Assembly (NCBI GenBank): GCA_040902005.1
Contig: JBBDYA010000010.1
Coordinates: forward strand, 1-49,319
Direction of reading: 5' to 3'
DNA from: Gemmatimonadaceae bacterium
GTDB taxonomy: Bacteria > Gemmatimonadota > Gemmatimonadetes > Gemmatimonadales > Gemmatimonadaceae
Length of the DNA stretch: 49,319 nt
Shown here piece by piece: positions 41,935-49,319 of this stretch (its first letter is position 1; each line of letters begins with the position of its first letter). Under the pieces are notes generated by a model. The model was not told the DNA's origin, did no database searches, and was given only the letters and a program-made list of their open reading frames with translations. The translations under genes and the position numbers were made by a program.

Positions 41935-43211
41935 ATGCTCAGTGCTCGCGATCCGGAGGCTGGGACACCAATGCCGTTCGCAGCGAGTTACCGGCCCGCG
42001 TCGTCTCTCGCCCAGGCTTGGCGCGCCGATTCCGCCACCGGCCTCTCGGACCGGCCCACACCGGCCCGAGAGGAAACCGCGGACGCGCTCCACGCCAACG
42101 TCGCTCGCGAACTCCTCGAGAGCGAAGAGCGGTTTCGACAGATCGTCGAGGGCCTGCATCACGTCGTCGCACTCAGCGACGAGAGTGGCAAGCAGATCTT
42201 CTTCGTGAACGCGGCGTACGAGCGGATCTGGGGCCAGCCGCGCGAGAGGTTGTACGAAGACCCGATGGCGTTCCTCGAGGGTGTTGATCCACAGGAACGC
42301 GAGCGAGTGCGCGGCGCCATTTTCGGAGACCCGGGCAAGGAATTCGACATCGAATTCCGCATCGTGCGTCCGGACGGCGAGCAGCGCTGGGTATGGAGCC
42401 GGGGCTTTCCCGTGCGCAACGCTGGCGGCGATATCTTCCGCATCGCCAGCATCACCGAGGACGTAACGGAGCGCAAGGCGATCACCGAAAGTCACGAACG
42501 GCTCCTGCGCGGCTTTACGCACGACGTGAAGAACCCATTGGGCGCCGCCGACGGTTATCTCTCCCTGCTCGAGACCGGCGTGTTCGGCGAGCTGCCCGCT
42601 GCCCAACTCGAAGCCGTCGGGCGCGCGCGGCGGTCCATTGGCGCCGCGCTCAACCTCGTCTCTCAGCTGCTCGACATCGAGCGCGCGAAAGCGGGCGAAC
42701 TGCTGATCGAGCGAGACCGCGTCGAGGTCGGAGCACTGACCCACGACTGCGTCGAGGACTTTCGGTCCGCGGCCATCGCGAAACGACAGAGCCTCACGCT
42801 GCTGATTTCGCCCGGGGACGACGGCCTCGTGGTGGAGTCAGATCGGGCTCGCGTCCGACAGATCCTCGCCAACCTGCTCTCCAACGCGGTGAAATACACC
42901 CAGCCGGACGGCAGCATCACGGTATCCGCGCGCGTCGCCGACGCTGACGAGGGACCGCGGCCCGGCCGCTGGGTTGCCTCGCCGTCGCAGACGGCGGACC
43001 GGGGATCCCGTTGGAGAAGCACAGGCTGCTGTTCCGCGAGTTCACGCGCTTCGATCCAGGCGCTGCCGAGGGATCGGGGATCGGCCTCGCCATCAGCCAG
43101 CACATCGCTCACGCACTCGGTGCGGCCATCACGTTCACGAGCACGCCGGGGATCGGTAGCACGTTCACGCTATGGCTTCCGCGCGATCGCGAGCCACCGC
43201 TCACGCGCTGA
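41935..43211 (+). pseudogene. PAS-domain histidine kinase with 1-nt deletion near 42978 (or sequencing error)
   Basis: PAS (FVNAAYERIWG, RIVRPDGEQRWV), H-box THDVKNPL and N-box NAVKYT in one frame; G1/F/G2 boxes (DGGPGIP, GSGIGLAIS) in the shifted frame ending at 43211. Confidence 0.85.
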
Positions 43212-43242
43212 CAGACGACGTTATTCGCGGAAGAGGCAAACC

Positions 43243-44550
43243 GTGACTGCTCGCCTTGCCAGTCTGCTGAACGCCCACCCGGACATCGAGAAGCTCGATG
43301 CCCTGCTCGCTGGGCCGGGCGCTGCCGATTCCGCCGCGCTCTGGGCTGCGACGCGATTGCTGGAAGTCACGACACTTCTCGGAGAAGCAGCGACGGCGTC
43401 CGAAGTCGCGCGAATCGTCATCGAACATGGACTCGACGTGACGGATGCCTCGTCGGGCCTTCTGGGCGTCATGGATGCCGGCACGCTGCGTGTGGTCGAA
43501 TGGCGAACGCCTGAGCGCGCCGCCGCGAACGGTCCCTTTCCGGCGTGCGCGAGCGCGGGCGACGGACCGCTCGCCGAAGCCCTGCGGAAGCGCGCGCCGG
43601 TGTGGCTCGAATCACGTGCGCGGTTTCGCGAGCTGTATCCGACCGCCTTTGAGTGCCTTCCGCGCGATAGCCGCGCCAAGGTTTTCGTGGCGCTGCCGTT
43701 GCTACACGGTGACGAGCTGGTCGGCGGGCTTCTCATGGGTTTTCGCAAGAGGTCCGCCCTGAGCGCGACGGGCAAGACCTTTGCTCGACTGCTCGCACAT
43801 TCCGCGGGAAGCGCCCTGGCGCGGGTCCGCACGCTCGAGCGCGCGCAGACCGGGCGTCGCAATGCCGAGACCATGGCGGAAGCGTGCGAGCAAGTGCTCG
43901 GCGTCGTTGCGCACGATCTGCGCACCCCACTCGGCGTCGTCGGCATGGCGGTGCAGATGCTTCAGGAACCGGACCTCACGCGCACGGACCGCGAGAAATT
44001 TCTGGGCGCCTCGCGGCGCGGACTCCGTCAAATGAATCGTCTCATCGGTGATTTGCTGGATGTGATTCGCCTGAAAACCGGTCATCTCGCGCTCGATACC
44101 GAGGTCGTGCGCGTCGATACGGCTTTAGACGAAGCCGCGGAGTGTGTTCAGCGTGCCGCGTCAGGACGCTCGATTCATCTCAGAGTGGAGCGTCCGCGCT
44201 TGATGCTTCGCGTCCGCGCCGACCGCGGAAGGCTCGCGCAGGTGCTCGGCAACCTTCTGGACAATGCCGTGAAGTTCACGCCCGAGGGCGGCCGCATTCT
44301 GCTGCGCGCCTGGAGCGACAATGACGAAGTGGTCTTCGAGGTCGGCGACTCCGGCCCGGGAATCGCGGCCGAGGTACAATCTCACCTGTTCGAGCGCTTC
44401 TGGCAGGCGCCCGAAGCGGACCGCCTCGGCGTGGGGCTGGGGCTTCCGATCGCGCAAGCCATCGTCGAGACGCACGGCGGCCGGATCTGGGTCGAGAGTA
44501 AGCGTGGCAAGGGCAGCCGGTTCTGCTTCACGCTTCCGCGGGTGGCGTAG
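43243..44550 (+). CDS. GAF-domain histidine kinase
   Basis: GAF-like region (GPLAEALR, ALPLLHGDELVGGL), AHDLRTPL, NAVKFT, DSGPGI, GLGLPI; AGAGG RBS before GTG 43243. Confidence 0.85.
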   Translation: MTARLASLLNAHPDIEKLDALLAGPGAADSAALWAATRLLEVTTLLGEAATASEVARIVIEHGLDVTDASSGLLGVMDAGTLRVVEWRTPERAAANGPFPACASAGDGPLAEALRKRAPVWLESRARFRELYPTAFECLPRDSRAKVFVALPLLHGDELVGGLLMGFRKRSALSATGKTFARLLAHSAGSALARVRTLERAQTGRRNAETMAEACEQVLGVVAHDLRTPLGVVGMAVQMLQEPDLTRTDREKFLGASRRGLRQMNRLIGDLLDVIRLKTGHLALDTEVVRVDTALDEAAECVQRAASGRSIHLRVERPRLMLRVRADRGRLAQVLGNLLDNAVKFTPEGGRILLRAWSDNDEVVFEVGDSGPGIAAEVQSHLFERFWQAPEADRLGVGLGLPIAQAIVETHGGRIWVESKRGKGSRFCFTLPRVA

Positions 44551-44589
44551 GATCGCTTCGAAGCGCCGCACTCGAGATCGGCGGAACAT

Positions 44590-45261
44590 TCACGCTACGA
44601 CGTCGCCGCGATCGCAAACCCGCCTGGGAGTTGTATCCCTCCGAAGACGGCGTCCGGCGGCTCCCGATGCGGCGACCAGGAGCACCAATGCCAAGGCTCC
44701 GCTCGCCGAGCCGGCGGCGAGTCGCAAGGCCTCGGCGGACGCTGGCGGGCCAACGATGAAGGCGTACCCTGCAAGCAGGAAGGCAATCAGCCCCGCCGCG
44801 GCAAGTGGATCGAACAACGCGTGTGTGCGTGAGGGCGACCGGTGGCGCCCGTCTTTCTCATGCTCGTGCGCGACGAACCACGCCACCATCGCGATCACAC
44901 CCGCGCTCGCTGCCCACACTCCCAGCGCGCCGTAAAACAGCACGAGCGTTATGGGGAAATAGGGAATTCCCGGAAACGCAAGCGTGGCGATCCCAGCGGT
45001 GCAACGCAGAACCGCGTCAGCCAGGACCAAGGATAAGAGCGGCGGCGGCGCACCGATCGGCTTCCGTCGAGCGAGCAACGCAACTGTCAACAGCCCGATG
45101 ACGCCGTCCGCGAGCGCGTACTTGGCCCCCATCGCAAAGATCTCGAGCCAGACCGGCACGCGGGTGAGCAACCACACGGCGAATGCTCCGTTGACACAGG
45201 CTCGCAACAGAAGCGCAGCGGCGAGCGGGAGAGCGCCTACCGACCACTTTGGCATGCTCAT
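44590..45261 (-). CDS. Hypothetical membrane protein (HdeD/DUF308-like N-terminus)
   Basis: LLLRA..YALADGVIG, about six hydrophobic helices. Confidence 0.6.
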   Translation of the reverse strand: MSMPKWSVGALPLAAALLLRACVNGAFAVWLLTRVPVWLEIFAMGAKYALADGVIGLLTVALLARRKPIGAPPPLLSLVLADAVLRCTAGIATLAFPGIPYFPITLVLFYGALGVWAASAGVIAMVAWFVAHEHEKDGRHRSPSRTHALFDPLAAAGLIAFLLAGYAFIVGPPASAEALRLAAGSASGALALVLLVAASGAAGRRLRRDTTPRRVCDRGDVVA

Positions 45262-45288
45262 TTACCGTCGTTCGAGACTGTCCGCCGA

Positions 45289-45416
45289 TTAGGTCGCGGA
45301 CACCGGAATGCTGATCGCGAGCTGGTCGTCCACGCACGTGACGCCCGGCGCGGACCAGGCCGCACGCTCGGCATCCTGACACTCTGTCGCTGCGCGTTCT
45401 GCGGGTCCTTCTTCAT
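45289..45416 (-). pseudogene. BON-domain (OsmY-like) gene remnant with internal deletion
   Basis: ECQDAERAAWSAPGVTCVDDQLAI..stop is a typical BON C-terminus, preceded by an out-of-frame MKKDPQ start. Confidence 0.65.
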
Positions 45417-45423
45417 ATCCGGG

Positions 45424-45460
45424 TCAGGGGTTCCCTCACGGACGCTGGGAGTGTAGCCGA
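45424..45460. promoter_or_regulatory. Pair of boxes 22 bp apart upstream of the BON remnant
   Basis: TCAGGGGTTCCCTCA (45424) and TGGGAGTGTAGCCGA (45446). Confidence 0.55.
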
Positions 45461-45543
45461 CTGCTGCGAGCCTGGTACGCGTGAGGAGGCCGAGACATCG
45501 ATGCCGACAAGGACTCGCAGCATATATAAAGGAAGTGGGAGGT

Positions 45544-47886
45544 TCAGGGGCTCCGGCGCGCACTCTCCACTAGAAGGCGCTGCTCGGCCCGAGCAACGTT
45601 GACCCGGGTCCGCTCGATGGCGTCCGGAACCACCGAAATGGAGTCGATGCCGCGGCGCACCAGGAATTCGGCGTACTCCGGGTGCACCGACGGCGCCTGG
45701 CCGCAGATGGACACGGTAAGCCCCGCCTGGTGCGATCGCGCAATGATCTCACGGATTGCGTCGAGCACCGCGGGGTCGCGCTCGTCGTACAGCGCCGCCA
45801 ACCGCTCGTTATCCCGATCCACGCCAAGGATGAGCTGCGTCAGATCGTTCGACCCGATCGACACGGCGTTCACGCCAAGCTTCGCGTAGTCCTCCAAGCG
45901 CCAGATCACCGACGGCACTTCGGCCATGATCCAGCGCTGCATCCCGCGCGAGCGGCGCAGCGGGCTGCGGTTCACCAGGTCGAGGCACTGCTTCAGCTCC
46001 CAGTCGGTGCGCACGAATGGGATCATCAGGTGCAGATTGTCAGACGCGGCCCGCGCTTCGTACAACGCCAGCAGCTCGACGCCGAACAGTTCGCGATCCT
46101 GGATGTACCGATAACAACCGCGATAGCCGATCATCGGATTCGCTTCCAGCGGCTCGTGCGTCTCCCCGCCGCGCAGCGACCTGAACTCGTTCGTGCGAAA
46201 GTCCATGGCGCGATAGATCACCGGCCTCGGATGAAATGCGCGGGCGATCTGCGTGAGCGGCTCGACCAGCTTGCGCACGATCTCGTCGCGTTTCCCTTCG
46301 GCGAGCAGTTGCTTCGGGTGCACACCCCCAAGAGCCTCGAGCAGCATGAACTCTGCGCGCAGCAGTCCCACACCGTCGACGTCGCGGGCGGCGACCGATT
46401 CCGCTTGAGACGGATCGCCGAGGTTCACGTAAAGGCGCGTCGCAGTCGTCGGTGCGCGAGTCGGAGTTGAAGCGACGATGCGTGCTGGATGTTCGGCCTT
46501 CGACACCGCGCCCTCGAACACTCTGCCCGACGACCCGTCGACCGTGACGAGCATTCCGTCGCGGAGTACGCGCGTCGCGTCGCTCGTCCCTACGACACAG
46601 GGCACGCCGAGCTCGCGCGAGACGATCGCGGCGTGGGATGTCATGCCTCCCGTCTCGGTCACGATGGCCGACGCGCGGCGCATCAACGGCACCCAGTCCG
46701 GGGACGTCATATGCGCGACGAGGACTTCGTTCTTCAATAGCTGGGCACCCGCGCTGATGTCAGCCAGCACCCGCGCCGCGCCTGTGGCGACGCCGGGGCT
46801 CGCTCCCAAGCCGCGCACGAGAGTCTGCCGCGAAGCGGCGCCCGCGCGCTGTGCCGGCTGCGACGTCTCGGGGGGATGCGTCAGCGTAGTGATTGGACGT
46901 GTCTGGGTGAGGTAGATGCCCGATGCGTCGATGGCGAACTCCAGATCCTGCGGTGCTCCGAAAAGCGATTCGACTTTGATTGCCAGCTCGGCGAGCGCGA
47001 CCAGCTCGGCATCCGTCAGCACGCGGGCCGTATCGCTCGTCTGTTCGCGTCGAAAGCCACCGCCTTCGGCATTGGGCGACACGACGTAGCTCTTCGTGGA
47101 GACTCTCATTTCACGGACAGTCAGCGCCTTTTTGTCGAGTACGTAGCGATCCGGCGTCACCTGGCCCTGCACGACCGGTTCGCCAAGGCCGCGGCTGGCT
47201 TCGATGACGATGCACGACGTGTCGTGCGTAGCCGGATTAGCCGTGAACATGACGCCGGATTTGTCGGAGCGGATCATGCGCTGCACAACGACGGCCACCG
47301 CCATCTCCAGCGGCAACGACTGCTTGGCGCGATAGAAGAGCACGCGGGCGCTGAATGCCGACGCCCAACAGTCGCGAACGCGCTCGATCAACTCGGACTC
47401 GCCGGTCACCATGAGATAGCTCTCGAACATTCCCGCGAACGACGCCGACGGCGCGTCTTCGACGGTGGCCGACGATCTGACCGCCACCGGAATGTCGCCA
47501 AAGGGGCCGATGAGCTCGGTGTACGCGGCGAGGATCTCACCCCGAACGTCGTTGGGCACAGCGACCGCGCGCACCGCCTGCTGCGCGGCGGCGGCGGTTT
47601 GAAGTGCCTTCGGATCGTCCACGTCCACGTTCTTCAGCTGTTCTCTCACCTTCGCGAGCACACCGGTCGCATCCATCGCCTTCGCGAATGCGTCGACGGT
47701 GACGACGAACCCCGGCGGCACCGGGAGTCCGGCTCGGGTCATCTCACCGAGGTTCGCCCCCTTCCCCCCCACCAGGGCGACGTCCGTGCGCCCGATTCTG
47801 TCGAACCGCCGGGTAACGCCCGCGGCGCGCTCGCCGGTGGGCGGGAGCTCCGGACTGGGCGGCGGCGCCTCGAGCAGCGTCGGCAT
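45544..47886 (-). CDS. ppsA: Phosphoenolpyruvate synthase
   Basis: VGGKGANLGEM, VRSSATVED..SFAG, GGMTSHAAIVSRE (phospho-His), EANPMIGYRG, SIGSNDLTQ, ICGQAPS. Confidence 0.95.
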   Translation of the reverse strand: MPTLLEAPPPSPELPPTGERAAGVTRRFDRIGRTDVALVGGKGANLGEMTRAGLPVPPGFVVTVDAFAKAMDATGVLAKVREQLKNVDVDDPKALQTAAAAQQAVRAVAVPNDVRGEILAAYTELIGPFGDIPVAVRSSATVEDAPSASFAGMFESYLMVTGESELIERVRDCWASAFSARVLFYRAKQSLPLEMAVAVVVQRMIRSDKSGVMFTANPATHDTSCIVIEASRGLGEPVVQGQVTPDRYVLDKKALTVREMRVSTKSYVVSPNAEGGGFRREQTSDTARVLTDAELVALAELAIKVESLFGAPQDLEFAIDASGIYLTQTRPITTLTHPPETSQPAQRAGAASRQTLVRGLGASPGVATGAARVLADISAGAQLLKNEVLVAHMTSPDWVPLMRRASAIVTETGGMTSHAAIVSRELGVPCVVGTSDATRVLRDGMLVTVDGSSGRVFEGAVSKAEHPARIVASTPTRAPTTATRLYVNLGDPSQAESVAARDVDGVGLLRAEFMLLEALGGVHPKQLLAEGKRDEIVRKLVEPLTQIARAFHPRPVIYRAMDFRTNEFRSLRGGETHEPLEANPMIGYRGCYRYIQDRELFGVELLALYEARAASDNLHLMIPFVRTDWELKQCLDLVNRSPLRRSRGMQRWIMAEVPSVIWRLEDYAKLGVNAVSIGSNDLTQLILGVDRDNERLAALYDERDPAVLDAIREIIARSHQAGLTVSICGQAPSVHPEYAEFLVRRGIDSISVVPDAIERTRVNVARAEQRLLVESARRSP

Positions 47887-48025
47887 ATTGTCCTCGATTA
47901 CCTCGGATGCGTTTCGAGATAGCGCCGGATGGCGCGCTCAGGTGTTCTGCGAGAAGACTCCATCCACGAGCAATCCGTCTCGTGAACGCGGTGGCAATAT
48001 GTCGCTCGCCGATGCGGCGACCTAT

Positions 48026-48105
48026 ACGAGAGAGTCCTGAACTTCCTAGCGGGAATCCCTCACGCCTCTTGCAGGATTTGCTTACGAGTTTCAGGCAGTC
48101 CCCTA
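48026..48105. promoter_or_regulatory. Four palindromic boxes phased at 22/22/21 bp in the ppsA/PRT divergent promoter
   Basis: ACGAGAGAGTCCTGA (48026), AGCGGGAATCCCTCA (48048), TGCAGGATTTGCTTA (48070), TCAGGCAGTCCCCTA (48091). Confidence 0.6.
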
Positions 48106-48201
48106 TCAATCGGCCCGCGCGAAGAGGCGATGATACACCACTCGGCGGAGAGCGATGAGGCGCCGCCCGTCAACACGCTCGACGAAGGCTGGGGGTCACC
48201 C

Positions 48202-49319
48202 ATGCTGTCTCCTCTGTTTCACGACCGGACAGACGCCGGCCGCCAATTAGCCCGGCGCTTGATGAATCTCGCGGGCAATCCTGATGTAGTCGTGCTCGGG
48301 CTCCCGCGCGGCGGCTTGCCTGTGGCGTACGAAGTCGCCGCGGCACTTCGCGCGCCGCTGGACGTGTTCGTCGTGCGGAAGCTCGGCGTTCCCGGGCATG
48401 AGGAGTTCGCCATGGGCGCCGTCGCGACCGGGGGCGTGCGCGTCCTCAACCCCGCGGTGATTTCGGGGCTCGACATCAGTCCACAGCTCGTCGAGGAGGT
48501 CACGAGGCACGAGCGCCAAGAGCTCGAGCGCCGAACGTTGGCCTACCACGTGGACGGCGTGTTGCCCGTGATTCGCGGGGCAACCGTCGTCCTCGTGGAC
48601 GACGGCATCGCCACCGGCGCGACGATGCAAGCCGCCGTCGCGGCGATCCGCCAGATGAACGCAGGAGCCGTCGTGGTGGCCGCGCCCGTGATGTCACGCG
48701 ACGCGTTGCGCGATTTGTCATCCATCTCCGATCGCTGTGAGTGCGTCGCGGCACCCGAGCCATTCGGGAGCGTCGGCGCGTACTACGCCGATTTCTCGCA
48801 GACGTCGGACGCCGAGGTGCGACGACTCCTCCAGGCGCGGAACGGGAGCGCAGTCCCGGCAGTCCCGGCGACGGCATCCGCGAACGCCTCGCCAGTGCGC
48901 ATTCCGGCATCCGGGGTCGAACTGCACGGCGATCTGGCCGTGCCGGCCGGCGCCAAGGGCATCGTCGTTTTCGCGCATGGTAGCGGCAGCAGCCGGCGCA
49001 GTCCACGCAACCGGCAGGTCGCTGCGTCGCTCAACGAACGTGGATTCGCCACGCTGCTGTTCGATCTCCTGACGGAGCAGGAGGAGCACATCGATCGGGT
49101 GAGCGGCGCGTTGCGCTTCGACGTCATGCTGCTCGCCTCTCGCCTGGCCCAGGCCACGGAGTGGCTGTCCAGGCGCACGGACACGCGCGCTCTGCCGCTG
49201 GGCTATTTCGGCGCGAGCACCGGCGCCGCGGCCGCGCTGGTCGCCGACGCCGGTGATCCCGACGTCGGGGCAATCGTCTCCCGCGGCGGCCGGCCGGACC
49301 TCGCGAACGAGTTCCTGCC
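48202..49319 (+). CDS. Phosphoribosyltransferase fused to a dienelactone-hydrolase-like domain (3'-truncated by window edge)
   Basis: Manual translation: FHDRTDAGRQLA..LGLPRGG..VRKLGVPGHEE..LVDDGIATGAT, then FAHGSGSSRRSPRN..GYFGASTGA; absent from the ORF track because no stop lies in the window. Confidence 0.92.
   Translation, partial: MLSPLFHDRTDAGRQLARRLMNLAGNPDVVVLGLPRGGLPVAYEVAAALRAPLDVFVVRKLGVPGHEEFAMGAVATGGVRVLNPAVISGLDISPQLVEEVTRHERQELERRTLAYHVDGVLPVIRGATVVLVDDGIATGATMQAAVAAIRQMNAGAVVVAAPVMSRDALRDLSSISDRCECVAAPEPFGSVGAYYADFSQTSDAEVRRLLQARNGSAVPAVPATASANASPVRIPASGVELHGDLAVPAGAKGIVVFAHGSGSSRRSPRNRQVAASLNERGFATLLFDLLTEQEEHIDRVSGALRFDVMLLASRLAQATEWLSRRTDTRALPLGYFGASTGAAAALVADAGDPDVGAIVSRGGRPDLANEFL

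Noticed and set aside
41923..44550. A single 875-aa hybrid kinase as given by the ORF track
   Set aside because: The missing G-boxes of the first kinase are present in the shifted frame, and the second kinase has its own RBS and start.
1..49319. Prophage, IS element or horizontally acquired low-GC island
   Set aside because: No integrase, transposase, phage gene, tRNA or obvious compositional shift was seen.

Overview
High-GC bacterial window (gene style suggests Gemmatimonadota; this is inference). There are no rRNA, tRNA, CRISPR or transposase genes. The left 17 kb is a cytochrome-rich respiratory island. It opens with the tail of a ccmF-ccmG-ccmH maturation operon. A minus-strand operon follows, encoding a NapA-like protein that keeps its Tat signal and [4Fe-4S] cysteines but has lost the Mo-ligating Cys (ARHCMASA -> ARLYAASA) and other active-site/cofactor motifs. 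With it are a duplicated NapB-like pentaheme, a tetraheme lipoprotein, NrfC- and NrfD-type subunits and an SPFH protein, which together resemble a Qrc/ACIII layout. Divergently transcribed is a four-gene candidate porin-cytochrome conduit: a 9-heme lipoprotein, a membrane-anchored 20-heme NapC/NrfH-like fusion, a beta-barrel and a 16-heme cytochrome. The remaining 32 kb is a DosR-regulon-like low-oxygen gene set: four USPs, Hsp20, CBS, PNPOx-like, nirK, two P-type ATPases, ADP-forming acyl-CoA ligase, ppsA, a PRT-hydrolase fusion and PAS/GAF kinases. It contains several deletion-scar gene remnants. Most intergenic regions carry a shared ~15-bp palindrome (approx. TCRGGGAWTCCCYGA), often in arrays phased at ~22 bp.
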